The notes under the pieces were generated by a model that was not told the origin of the DNA, made no database searches, and saw only the letters and a list, made by a program, of their open reading frames with translations. A stretch of 63,293 nt of DNA, counting the filler, from Sphacelaria rigidula (taxonomy: Eukaryota), in the NCBI GenBank assembly GCA_964200075.2. It is 8 parts of 8 records of this genome, joined end to end, with 100 filler letters (N's around TTAATTAATTAA, not from the genome) between each part and the next. Parts side by side here need not be neighbours in the genome. Positions count along the whole stretch, not along the records: positions 47,547 to 55,370 come from CAXNAA020013349.1; positions 55,471 to 63,293 come from CAXNAA020013350.1; 6 more parts are not named here. One strand, 5' to 3'. The stretch's first letter is position 1; every line of letters starts with the position of its first letter. Shown here piece after piece: positions 48,673 through 60,495 of the stretch. The translations under genes were made by a program, and so were the position numbers.

Positions 48673-50982
48673 CTCCCAAGGCTTCATCCTCAAATTTTCC
48701 AGCAGATACCCGAGCGCGGTCGTTGGCCCTCCACTCTCCGCACCCGTCAGCTTCTGCTCTACAAGCAAGTCGCTGTCCGCGAGACCGGATCGATTAGACG
48801 CACGTAACGCCTGCACCTCTTCATCGCTCATACCCAACCTCTCCTTCAATGACCACACCGCGACCGAACTGCCCCCTTCCACACTTACCCTGTCGCCAGC
48901 AACAGCACTACCCATTGCTGAAGGCATGGGTGCCGTCGTGGTGGTGGCGCTGCCAGGCGGCACCAGTTCTACATCGTCCGGAATGACACCGTAGGAGGGG
49001 TCGATACCTCCATCGTCGTCGAAGTCATCACCTACACCAGGGATGATGGTCGCCATCACTTCAGCTTCGAGCGGATTGGCGTTGGGCGGCGGAGGGAAGA
49101 ACTTATCGCTCCCGAAATGTTCGCTGTCGCCACCATCGTCGACTCTATCGACCTGTTGTTCGTCCTCATCGTCCGTAGTTCTAGCTTCGCCGCTGAATGT
49201 TGGCAGTGGTAGCTTGGGGTTTTTATCGGCCCGCGGCGTTGCTATGCCGCGGTCAGGGTGGTGGGAGGGGAGTTGGATTGCCCTTCGAACACTCAGTCGC
49301 TCGCCTAAAATGGCGGCCGCTTCGGCTTGGTGTAGCAGGTCCCAGTGCTCGTATTCGTCATGCCGCTGATGCTGCTTCTTCACGTCAGCGGCGGCACTGT
49401 CGTCTTCGCCCTTCTCCTCGAGAACGAAATCGTCGTCGCTATTGTTGCCTCCTTCACCATTTCCCGACCTGCTGCGCTTTTGGGCTTTGGGTTTTTCGGT
49501 GTCATCTGAAGCTAGCTCTGTCGACGCCTCCCCCATTGTGTCCTTATCTTCCGAAAGCTGTTTTCGTCTCGGCATAGCGCGACTAGCGACTCCCTTGTGA
49601 TGGTTCTCTCCTCGTCCTCGCCCTCCTCGGCACACTTCATCCTTTCCTTGCTCGTCCTCCTGTCCATCGGCCGAGACACCAGTCTTTGCAAACGCCCGTC
49701 GCGTTCGCATGATGCTGTTAGCGATAATTTTCGCTCCCGCCGCTGGATTTGTTTTGTTTCCATCAGTACCGATTCCTTCGGTTCCCGCTAAATGACCCCC
49801 GCCCTGTCCCAGACCCGGCGTCACTCCATCCGCTTCTGGTGGAAAATCACGTGGCTTCCCCAAGCCAGGTTTTTGCTCTATCGACGAGGAACCCACCTTG
49901 TCACCTACACCGGTGTTGGGCGTCTTTTCATTGTTCGCATTTACGCCAGCAGTCGTTGATTGTGTTGTCGCTTTTGATTGCACTCGGCGGTCCCTATATT
50001 TCCGTCTGCTTGCGGAGGTTAAGGCGGTTGAGGGCATAGCCTCATCATCGACGCCGCTGGTGGTGGTGTCTTGATGGGCTGGAGCCGACAGCGCTGACAG
50101 CTGCTGGTACTGCGCCTGCGGCGTTGCCGCCGGCGGTATCTGTGGGATATCTTTTCTGCTCGCGGGTGGCCGCGGTGGTGATGACGTTGCCGAATTTTTC
50201 AAAGATGAACATGGTTCTCCCACGTGTTTTTCCTCATAGGGTGAATTCGCCGAGTCACCGCCGCTGTTGCCACCGGCCTCGGTGGCGTTGGCTGCCTCGC
50301 GCGAGTGATCATTCGGTGTGCTCCTACTACCTCCCAGGCTTGTCCCGAGAGAAGAATGATTTTTTTTCGATTTTGCGGTCTTGTTGGTAGACCCTTTTGG
50401 TCGTCCCACCTTTTGCCTCGTAGGTTTTTGACGATTCTCAGGTTCCTCACGGTGCTCAGGCCTGACAGACCTGATCGATGGCGCAGATTTTACAACCTTC
50501 CTCGCCGCAACCTCTGCTTTATTGCCGTCGGGTGTGTTTTTGCAAACGCTGTTTTCGGTTGCGTCAGATGAAACTCCTACATCGTCCGAAAACTGTCCAT
50601 CATCACTCGCTGCCCTTTCCTGGGAAACGCACGCGAGAGGGCAAACTACAAGGGGGCGCTGACGCCGTCGTCGCCACCACAGCCGTAAATGATTCTCGGT
50701 ACCGTCGTCTCTATTATGCCTCTTGGTGTTATCAACGTTACCGAGATAGAATTGGCTACGTGAAAGGAATAGCCGACCGCCAGTAGACCACGGGGGAAAT
50801 TTGTCGGACATGCATCCTGATTGGAGAGGTGATGATGCGATCCCCTCGATCCGACAGCTCCGTCGCCCTTGATCACGTATTTGTCGTTGCCCTTGCTGGA
50901 ATAATGTGGCCGTGGCAGTAAAGACTGAGCTGATGATCCCCACGCCGGGTGAGATCCCGTGTGGTCTCATCTCTCTCACCAT
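48673..50982 (-). CDS. Large first exon of a protein with a long disordered N-terminus; the C-terminal end resembles mTERF repeats
   Basis: Part of an uninterrupted 863-codon frame. Likely ATG at 50982 (MVREMRPHG); ends WSLKERLGMSDEEVQAL...LGYLLENLRMKPWE at donor GAG|GTGCGT. Coding status is well supported; the mTERF call is tentative. Confidence 0.7.
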
Positions 50983-51304
50983 GTCGATTTGGTTGGTGAT
51001 CCGTGTGGATGGTTGCCCCTTCTTGACTAATGGGGTAAGGAAGACAGGGAGATGGGTTGAGGTACTTGGGGTTAGTCGAGAACTGTTGTAAAGGCACCTG
51101 TTGTTTTCTGGACAGAGGATGGAATTTCCATGCAAGAGTACGCCGTGTTGACAGTGGAGCCGAAGCCACAAGCTACCGACGCGAATAGACTGCAAAATAT
51201 GACGGAAAAGTGGCGCACGGGCGTCCAAACACTCCCATTCGCTGCAAAGCAAACATTTTTAACTGACCGCACACATGCTGCTCTGTGACCACACGATTGT
51301 ACGA

Positions 51305-51412
51305 ACAGCGCAGGTGCCATTGCACTTGACGACACACGGCGTACATATTGACGGCATCTACAGCGCAGGTGTTGTTGCACTTGACGACACACGGTGTATA
51401 TATTAACGGCAC
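51305..51412. repeat. 55-bp tandem duplication
   Basis: ACAGCGCAGGTG...TGCACTTGACGACACACGG...ACGGCA starts at 51305 and again at 51360. Confidence 0.85.
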
Positions 51413-51424
51413 CGAGAAACTTAA

Positions 51425-52488
51425 CCCTTTTGGGACTGGGCCTCCAGAATGACCAATGAGGCTGGTTAGGAATGACGTGTCCTGCACGTGCATGAAACAG
51501 TGGGTTCATGTTGCTAAATATCCCTTCAAGATTGTAACCGGAGAGTTTGATGAAGACCGAACGTTTCATCCAAAATATTTTCAGGTGCAGGTACAAACTG
51601 TCTGTACTACAATTCGGGTGTTGTGCGCATCAGGTAATGTACAGATGTATCAAGCAGTATGAGTCGCCGTGGAGAGCTTTTAACAAGATGTGGCAACCGC
51701 CGCCCGCGACTTGTGGCCTTGGATATTGTCCCCATCGCCTTGCCGCACGACCCTTTGTGGTCGGGGTGGGCCGCCATTTCCCTCTTTATTGCAGTCGGCA
51801 AATTCTCTTCGAACAGCATGGGCGTTGCGCCGAAGATACAGTACAGTGCAGCACGCCTTTTCGAGTGCAGCAGCAGCTGCCGCTGAATACTCCCTCACAT
51901 GTTCTGGGCAGTTCTCCGCGACGGAGATAAGGTGCCTATACACAACAAGTTCGTTACCGTCGATTACACACGACCTCACAGCCGCTTGTACCGTTTCGAC
52001 AGAGAGATACACAATACTCATGCCTCTAGCTCCGTCTCTCGTCCCACATGTTGCGAGATTCAGTCGCCTTGTGAACATGACCACGTATATAGTACTGTAG
52101 GGTACATTTATTCCCGATTTTTCCCCGAGCACCATGTGTTGGTGTAATCAACTAGGTTTTACTATAGGATGGTGAGCCAAAAAAAATCGGGAGTGGAGGT
52201 CGGACCTATATAGAATGCAAGCAAATGATGAAAAATCAGGAAACCGAGCCCCGACCACTCGAGCTTTCTTTTGCTTCGAAGGCTTTTTTGTGGGCCAGGA
52301 ACAGGGTACACACACCAACATGGCAGTGACATCACTCCCGGCGACAGCCCCCCCCCCCACTGGTCGTTCGCATGTGGTCGATAAATTTCGCCTCGCCCTG
52401 ATTGAGCAGGTCGCTCTCAGACTTGTTTATTTATTATGTTACCAATACATGATGGAGCCCTTGTCACTGAGCTTCAGTCCCAAAAGGG
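51425..52488 (-). mobile_element. piggyBac-type non-autonomous element
   Basis: TTAA|CCCTTTTGGGACTG ... CAGTCCCAAAAGGG|TTAA: perfect 14-bp TIRs and a TTAA target duplication. Confidence 0.9.
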
Positions 52489-53906
52489 TTAAGATCCGCG
52501 GACCCGTTGACATTGGAGTACCGAGATGCTGTACCGTACTGCACTCAGGTCCTGTCCCGTCGGTGCACAACAGCTTTATAAGGGATAGTTTGTACAAAGA
52601 GTCATGTAGTCAAGCGTTCCACTCAGGTAGGGGTGCTCGGGGCACATATCGTGTAAAAACCGCCTGCACATATCCGGCATGTCTCAGTCGATCAGCGGTG
52701 TATGCAGGGGCAATGCGGTAGAGAGATCAGTGTACTTGTGTGATGAAGCGGACGTTGGCACCTGGAATGCTGTAAATGCAAGCACAGTGCCGAAGAATCT
52801 TACCGCAATTGCACATCTACACTCGGATGTGACTCGGATGTGACAGCCTCAAGCACTTTCAGAAGTGGAGAACGACAACTCAACAAGCTTAGATCCACTG
52901 ACAACCCTGCAGTATACTACAGTGCCAAACAATACAGTAGGAGCTCTGACCTGGAGCTAGAGAAGGAGTAGCAAAACAGGGGGGGGGCGCTGCCGCTGCA
53001 GCGTAGCACCCTCGGACGTGGCAAAAAAAGCAGGTCTGCACAGCGAAGTCTAGATATCGTCCGGATACCATGATCAAAATGAGTCTCCTTGAGATGACTC
53101 GAGAAGAATGTCGGCACGCAGCGTGAAATTGCAGCGGGGGGCAGCAGTAGCGACAGAAGCAGCAGAAGAATCCACTGAAGCACTAGGCAGAAGTCGCAAC
53201 AGTAGCAGTATCCGCAGCAGCAGCAGCGGCACCAGCAGGGGCAGCCGTGGCAGCAGTACAACGGAAAAGGACAAATCTTTTGCAGCTCAGACCCGCGGCC
53301 GTTATTTTTTGCTTGAACAGTCGGTTGGCCCCTGAACCAGAGGTGAGCTGACGGGTCCTGTTCGCCCTGACATGTTCATGAGATCTGGAACACTTCGTGG
53401 ATATCTGAACTCGTGGTAAGATTTCCTGTTATGCTGCAGTGTGTACTGTGAGTTAACCTTCTCGTTGCGCTTCGAGCAATGCGGTCAGTACACTACGGTA
53501 GTGTCGACATGATCTAAAACTAACATCATGAGACCGCGTACATTACGGGGCATAACACCCTCTTGATGCTCCGAAGATTCGCGACCAACACCGCTGAACG
53601 ATGTTTGCTGGGCGTGGTGTTTTGCACTCCGAAAATACCCGGGATAGTTCGAGCTAGATATACAGAGGTAAAGCTTGATGTAGCTTATTTCGTGGCAAAG
53701 CCGCGGCTTTCTGCGCAAAAACGACCTTGAGGGTGAGGACCGGCATTACCTTGGCGGTTCGAAAAGAAAAAGAAGAGTATACGAGTACTCTGTACGAGTA
53801 CATACTATATACTATGCGTGTTGTGCATGGTTCTAAGTCGAAGCAGAAAAAACACTTCGATTTAAAATCGCGATTCATCAAAGATCTGAAAAAATATGGC
53901 GATTAA

Positions 53907-54118
53907 CCCTTTTGGGATCGCACCCCCACTAACACAGGGTTGACCCTGTGGTAGTGAAATAACAGACAATAAGTCTTCGAGCGACCTGCCCAATCACGGC
54001 GAGGCGAAATTTATCGACCAGACCCGAACGNNNNNNNNNNGGCCTAGATAAGCCTCCCCAGGTGTCCAAGTGCAGGGTGGTCGCAGCTTGGTTTTATGGT
54101 ATTACTTGCACTCAGTAC
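53907..54118 (+). mobile_element. One end of the same piggyBac-type family (contains a 10-N gap)
   Basis: TTAA|CCCTTTTGGGA...; closely matches 34687-34950. Confidence 0.8.
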
Positions 54119-55370
54119 GACCTGGGCCAGCCTAAAAACGGATTTATGCTCTAAAAGCAATATCTCGTCGACAGAGACGAGTTGGGCCGTGATTCGCACA
54201 TCATATTTATCGTCCAACCAAGGGGAAGGCGCCCATCTGCTCACAAGTTTGGGCCCATGTTTTCTCGTCGATTAAACCCCATGTCTAGTAATTCCTATAC
54301 CTAAGGGAGATGGCGTCCATACCAAAATCTCCACGGAACCTCCGATCATGCATTCAGTGAATGACGAATTTTGGTGCGGACATTCTCTGGAGCAAGGAGA
54401 GACGGTAGATACCCTCACCTTCACCTATTTCGTTATCTATCCCGAGATATGGCGCACATAAGTTTCCATACTAAAATCAATATATTACGAGCAGAGGCAC
54501 TATATGCCCTAAATCTGGACATCGCGTCTAAGTATTTGAGACTTCTTTCATACATTTTCGTGTGGTGAACCTCTAGTGCATAATAATGAAAAAAAAACAG
54601 CTTGTTACCTTTTTTAATTTTTTTTTCAAAATTTTTCGTGTTTCTAGTGGAGTTTTGAGGAGATATGAACAGTGCTCTTAGGCGTTATCTCAATGTTTTG
54701 GCTCAATTTTTAAAATTGTGATTTGAAAGTTAGCATGGAGAATCACAAAAGTTTGCCGAATAGAAAAAAAAAATAGGCCTTTATTTTATTCATTTTTTTC
54801 ATGGAGGTTAGGGCGTTCTCGTGGGAAAATGCCCTTTACCATACTAGAACGCTCTAAACCAGTGAAAAAATAATTGAAAGAAAGCTGACCCACTGAGTGG
54901 TGTAAACTATGCCTGAGAGAGCGCCCACACAAAACTTCGATACACGAAAACCAAACGTGGGCCGGTGAGTTGCCTTCGAAATAACGTTCCGAATTTCTAC
55001 CGATCCGGTTCTCAAAAGGCCCATGCTCAGCCCAAGATTTAGGGTTGAAGCGTAAAATTTGGTATGGACAATGCATAGTGCATGAAAAAAAATCGTCGGT
55101 ACCAAAAGTTTTTTTCTTCATCACTCGAGGGCACTAATCAGGTTCAGGTATCAGTGAAATGCCCTTAGCTCATGAAAATAAAAAATGGTACCGACGTAAT
55201 TGTTTGGGCAATATGCAAAAAATGGCACACCCTGGTGCTTTTGGAAAAAAAAAGGGTAACGCTTTTTTCGCTTTGGGGCGCGGCGCTGCACGCTGGCTGA
55301 ACACCTCGAAAACACATTCCAGCACCTCAGCCCCACGACCAAGGTGCCTGGGCGGCATAGCCGTCCATTT

Positions 55371-55470
55371 NNNNNNNNNNNNNNNNNNNNNNNNNNNNNN
55401 NNNNNNNNNNNNNNTTAATTAATTAANNNNNNNNNNNNNNNNNNNNNNNNNNNNNNNNNNNNNNNNNNNN
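55371..55470. other. Artificial contig linker
   Basis: 44 N + TTAATTAATTAA + 44 N. Confidence 0.99.
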
Positions 55471-55555
55471 GGAGGCAGTTTTTCGAAAATTGTCATAATT
55501 TTTGACATTTTGTCTAGTGATGTTGTTTTGTGTTCTTCTATATTTTTTTCAAGTT

Positions 55556-55809
55556 TGTGACGCCAGCCAGTGGAAGCACTGTAAAATCACTGCTGTTGAG
55601 GGACTCCCCAGTCTTACTGACCTCAGTTTCAGTTGTCAGCCTTTACAACATTCCATCGTTCAGGAGTGACCTTCCAAGGCACCAGCTAGGCCTGCAGATG
55701 CCATATCCGTGTCCCTGGTCATTATCCAGAACTCTCCAGAATCTCTGTGCCCTCAGTCATTATCCAGATCATCACTAGCAACTCAACGTGACGGCGTACT
55801 TTCGTCACA
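55556..55809 (-). repeat. 3' LTR
   Basis: TGTGACG...CGTCACA termini; preceded on the - strand by a short G-rich PPT-like run; similar to 59254-59501. Confidence 0.9.
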
Positions 55810-55849
55810 GCACCCCCAAAGCGCGTTGGGCGAAAATCGATCAACAAGC

Positions 55850-56368
55850 TTGGCACATAGAAAACGCCAAAACGATGAGTAAGCCACACCTGAATACCAA
55901 ACTCGCTCGAAATGCGAGCAGCAACGGCACGAGTCACGCGCAATTTACGCAACTCCTTCGTAAGAAATTCTGGAACGGCCTCAAAAATTTCCTCGAAAGG
56001 CTCCCACGTGAGCTCCTCAACTTCGAAACCAACCCAGTCGACCAACACGATCAACGAACGATCATCTGCTTCTGCCTCTCGGACAATACCAGCCATCTGA
56101 AACTGCCCCTGATTGAAAGCATGCTGGAACACGTCCTCAACGTCAGCCGCAACATTAAGCTGCGAGTCTGCATAAAAACGCAAACAAGCTACATGGGCGG
56201 TTTGAACACGACCCGAAACAATATTCTGTATCTGAAACACGTGCGGGTGGTGAGCACCAACCACTCTCCATGGACCAGTTCACGTCGCCATCAACTTGGG
56301 CGTACCACATGGTTACCAAAATGTATCGAAACCCAGCATCCTCCGACAAATCTTGGGAAGATAGCGGG
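55850..56368 (-). pseudogene. Ty3/Gypsy integrase C-terminal module and chromodomain
   Basis: TGPWRVVGAHHPHVFQIQNIVSG...HVACLRFY, then LVDWVGFEVEELTWEPFEEI. Confidence 0.85.
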
Positions 56369-56479
56369 TGTAATCCGTGAGAGCACCGCGTGCTTAGTTA
56401 GAGGGCCGCATTGGAATTTGAACATCCCTATGGTTAGGGTTAGGGTTAGTGTTAGGGTTATGGTCAGGGGCGTGGTACT
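56369..56479. mobile_element. TGT...ACA MITE (Ginger-like), copy 3, one-ended
   Basis: TGTAATCCGTGAGAGCACCGCGTGCTTAG, then GGTTAGGGTTAGGGTTAGTGTTAGGGTTA; reverse-complement match to copies 1 and 2. Confidence 0.85.
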
Positions 56480-56482
56480 TAC

Positions 56483-57560
56483 TCACTTCGGGGTAAACAA
56501 GCCTAACGGGATCGTGATTGTGAAATTTTCCTGCGCCTCCTCCGCCAACGGCATCCGCCAATAACCTTGGAGGAGGTCCAACTTGCCAAAAAACGAGCAC
56601 TCAAGAGATCACGTATGTCCGACTCTTGCTTGGGCATCACACCCGGCGACTTCTCAACCTGATCATTTACAGCCTTGTAGTCGCTTACCAGGCGAAACGA
56701 GTCTTTCTTTGGAACCGCCATCGCCGGACTGGACCATACTGCCTGCAGGTTCCGCACTACCAACCTAAGCGCCAAAAGAGCCGCCATGCACGACGCCAAC
56801 CAGCTCGACTTCACCGGATCGTACCGCCGCGGCTTCGCCTTCACCGCGTATGCCCCAGGTTTGAGCTGAGCACGCATGGGCTCCACGCGCGCAGGGGGAT
56901 CACCCCGCAGCGCACCACGAGTTGCATTGACGAGGCGGTGCAAGATGCCGCGCAGGCGTTAGGCTCTTGGGACGCTGAGGCCTTTCGTCACAGCATCTTT
57001 CACGCTCTCCTCCAGCGCGACCTTTCGAGCGGACTCCTCTTCCGCCAGGTTCATGAACATATCCGGGCCGCGCTCTACTAAGCGTCCCACCGCCGCATCT
57101 CGCTCCTCGGTCACCTGCCCTCCAGCCTCCTGAAAAGCATCCACCGACAAGCTCACGCGACGACTGCCCAAAAAGGCGGGCGTCCCCACGTGCGGACCAG
57201 GCGAAGACATCCACGTCTTGATGAAGTCCTTCAACCGGTCGTACGGGTCGACTCCTAGATCCTGTAGAGTCGGCAGCACCGGAACAACAACACCATCCGA
57301 CCCTGGCATAATCGCAGACGAGATCGGAGGCAACGGCGCCAGCCCCCAAGCAGTCTTAAAGGCTAGCTGCAATGGAGCAGTACGCTCTGTGACGGAAACA
57401 TGCTGACCCGCCGCGATGACGGCCTGCCGCGCCCCGAGCGAAAACGGGATGCGCAGGGGCACACCCGGGAGTTGACGCTCCATCAACTCAACCATCTACA
57501 CCGGCAGACTAGTGAAGTGCGCGCCAGAAACCAACACAGACCGAACCACAATGGCTCCAC
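56483..57560 (-). pseudogene. Ty3/Gypsy protease and N-terminal reverse transcriptase
   Basis: VLVSGAH (degenerate DSGA); KAKPRRY...WSSPAMAVPKKDSFRLVSDYKAVN; LDLLQGYWRMPL...TPK. Truncated before YxDD. Confidence 0.88.
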
Positions 57561-57599
57561 GCTGCCGTTATTTGGAAGACATAGCTCCGCCGGAATGTA

Positions 57600-58949
57600 T
57601 CTGTCGGTAAGCTCCACGGGAACTTCTTCCGCTGACCTATGCGCCGCTAATCCCACTTGACGCCACGGCTGCGCAAGCTGCGCAAGCTGCGCAAGCTGTG
57701 CAAGCTGCGCAAGCTGTGCAAGCTGCGCAGGCGAAGACGCCCCGGCAGGTTCAAACGGCACCGCCGGCGGGTACGCCCCCCAGTCAGCAAACCAAGAATT
57801 TGGCGACCCTCCGACCAGCGCGTCAACAGCCGTCGCGCCTGGCACTGCTGCTGGTGTCGCCGCCGGCGCCACCACCGGCGCCGGCGCAGTGTTCGACTCT
57901 GTTGAAGTCGGGCCCACCTGCACCGCCTGTTGCGGAGCAGCAGCACCTACGGCGGCGCCGGATCTAGAGCCAGGCCCATGCTGACGTCGCTGCTCCTGCT
58001 GCTGCTGGTTCTGCTGCTGCTGCGGCTGCTGCTGAGGGCTAGCCTGCGACCCTCCATTGCTGGAGGATCCGCCGCCGCCACCACGATTACCTCGTATTTT
58101 GCCCTTGTGCTGACGATGCTGATGGCGCGCGGCACAAGACTGCTCAGACTCTCCACCGGAAGACGTTGGGCAATCGCGCGCGTAGTGGCCGACCCAGCCA
58201 CAGCGGTGGCAAGTAATTCTCGCGGCGCGACCAACCGATTTCGAGCCATGGTTGCGCAAAGATTTCGGCGAAGAGGTGGACGACTGGCCGAAGACCTCTA
58301 TTTTCCGCTACTCCTTGGCCTTGGCCACGACGGTGCTCATCACCAGGTACGGGTCGGCCTTTCATTCTGTTTGGTGCTGCAGCTTGACAAGCAAGGCTTG
58401 CTTGAATTTTTCCGGTGCCAACCCCTCCACCAAAGCCGTAGTGATTACTGCAGCCGGGCCGGGAATCAGCTCACCATCGGGGGAGCGATATACTAGTTCC
58501 ACGTTCGGATTTTCCGTGAAGTACTTCACCAAATTGACCAAGACGGGCTCCACACGCTCCAACATCGTTTTTTCCCGAGAATCTATGGCGACAGCTTTCG
58601 CCACGGCCGTGGAAGCTTGGGTCAGATCTACCTCGGCGCCCGCCGCATGCCCAGCATGCTTTTTGATCGCCGCAACCAATCGCGGCGGCGTGATGGTGCT
58701 CTCACTATGTTCCAAACGAGCGAAAACTCTCTGTACGTGAGTTGGCACTTGTTGAGCCATTGTCACCACCTGATGTCGCACGGCACCCCCTGCATTAGCG
58801 TGCTCCACACGCTTCTTGTGTTCCAAATACCTCGTGGAAAAAGTGCGAGATGCACTCTCTGAGTACCTGTCCCCGTATTGTGGAGGTCCCAATTCTTTCC
58901 GCATGACCACGGGTGTCACGGTGAATGTACCTCGTGAGCCGTTAGCCAT
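57600..58949 (-). pseudogene. Ty3/Gypsy gag with CCHC zinc knuckle
   Basis: MANGSRGTFTV... then CHRCGWVGHYARDCP; interrupted by a stop and frameshift near 58260-58362. A 9-bp AQL-coding tandem repeat lies at about 57668-57729. Confidence 0.85.
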
Positions 58950-59253
58950 AGCTGCAACTGTAACCGGCTACCTGCGAACCTCTGCAGGCCAGCGGACCTT
59001 CTCGAATTGCACCTTCCTTGCTTCGTCGCCGCACCACACGGTCGTAGGAGCCTCCAAACTCCCGCTGTTTGCACCTTCAGCAAGTCTCCTGTCTGGATCA
59101 ATCACAGGCCAGCCGCCTTTTAGCAGCTGCCTCAGCTGGAACCCTCTCCATGCGTTCGTGGTGTATCACGTTTCCACAGCTACTAGACTCCTACCGATAT
59201 CCTTTGCAGCAGGTTTCTAGCACTAACACTAGCACTAGCGCTAATATCGATAT

Positions 59254-59501
59254 TATGACGCCAGCCAGCGGAAGAATTGCTGGATCATTGCTGTTGAGGT
59301 ACTCCCCAGTCTTACTGGCCTCAGATTCAGTTGTCAGCATTTACAACATTCCATTATTCAGGAGTGCCCTCGTAGGAACAACCTCCTAGATACGCCAGGG
59401 TATCAACCCAGTGTCCCCGGTCATTATCCAGATCATCACTACCAACAGTCATTATCCAGAACATCACTAGCAACTTAATGTAACGGCGTTATTTCGTCAC
59501 A
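59254..59501 (-). repeat. 5' LTR
   Basis: TATGACG...CGTCACA on the + strand; a direct repeat of 55556-55809 with many substitutions and indels. Confidence 0.9.
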
Positions 59502-60099
59502 TAGGTCAACTACGACTACATGGCCCTTGTGTTCTAGTAAGTGGCCGCAGTTACGAGTCGCGCCTCATGCCCACCATTTTCGCTATTTTCACAATCACCG
59601 ATAGCGCTTGTCAATCTTCGCTAGCAAGGAAGTGAATATTCATGCTCGCCGGTTATTTTGTCCATATTTTACTTTACAGTTTGACTCTGCGAGATCATAG
59701 TGGAGAGATTCCGAAGCAAATCCAAAAGGTTATCAAACCACGCGCAATGAAATCCGAGGCCGCTGGACATGGTGTGTTAGTCGCACCCACTCCAATTAGT
59801 TGTTGCGTAAATTAGTATGACTGCTGTATCAAACACACGGTTCGTCGGAAGTATCAACCAATAACCACAAACTGTGACATATGCCTACGGAGGCTTGGTC
59901 GTCATCGATGCAAAATAGCCGTATACTACTCGGACTACTCATTTGTGTTACCTCATGAATCATCCCAGAGCCTATACTGGTCATGCATAAAGTACATGGA
60001 CAATGGCAATATTGAACGGCTGATGAACAATATCACCGAAGCGGCGATCTTAACAGAGTGGCATTCAATTTATCCAGGGATATACACGTTTTACACGGG

Positions 60100-60495
60100 C
60101 CACAGCGTCACGCGTTACGTTCTCGTTACGTTTTGACCGAAACGTAATGTGAACATGAATATGGTATTACGTTATGACCGTGACGTGAACGTAACGTTAA
60201 TTTTTCAATGCAACGTTGATGTAACGTCAATTTTTCAATGTGACGTACGTAACGTAACGTGAACGCTGAATTGCCCGAACGTTAAAAATACGTAGTATAA
60301 AACGTTTCGTGTAACGTGTAACATCTTTTACACGTTACACGTGCTTGAACGTTACACTTTACACGAAACGTCATGAACACGTGACATGAAGTGGTGACAC
60401 TTCAAGCTGGCGATAATTTTTCAAATCCTAGAAGGTTGTGCTTCAGCGTCACGTACACGGTGACGTCACGCGTTACACGACACGTTACAACGCCT
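60100..60495. repeat. Cluster of short ACGT/CGTTAC motifs
   Basis: Dense AACGT, CGTTAC, GTAACG and GTGACG words on both strands. Confidence 0.65.

Larger units (their letters stand above)
55556..59501 (-). mobile_element. Ty3/Gypsy LTR retrotransposon with chromodomain, internally deleted and decayed
   Basis: Two LTRs of about 250 bp enclose gag, zinc knuckle, protease, RT start, integrase C-terminus and chromodomain, in Ty3 order. Confidence 0.93.

Noticed and set aside
48661..51252. The 863-aa ORF as an intronless viral or transposon gene
   Set aside because: No viral or transposase motif is recognisable; it ends at a good splice donor, and the first 90 codons precede the likely ATG.
53108..53335. 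75-aa Ser/Ala-rich ORF as a gene
   Set aside because: Mostly a CAG/TAG-type microsatellite-like tract, with no homology or splice support.
56430..56470. True chromosome end
   Set aside because: Only a few imperfect TTAGGG units, internal to a MITE inside a retrotransposon.
55788..59220. Long + strand ORFs (258, 188, 162 aa and others)
   Set aside because: Antisense shadows of the GC-rich Gypsy gag-pol on the - strand.
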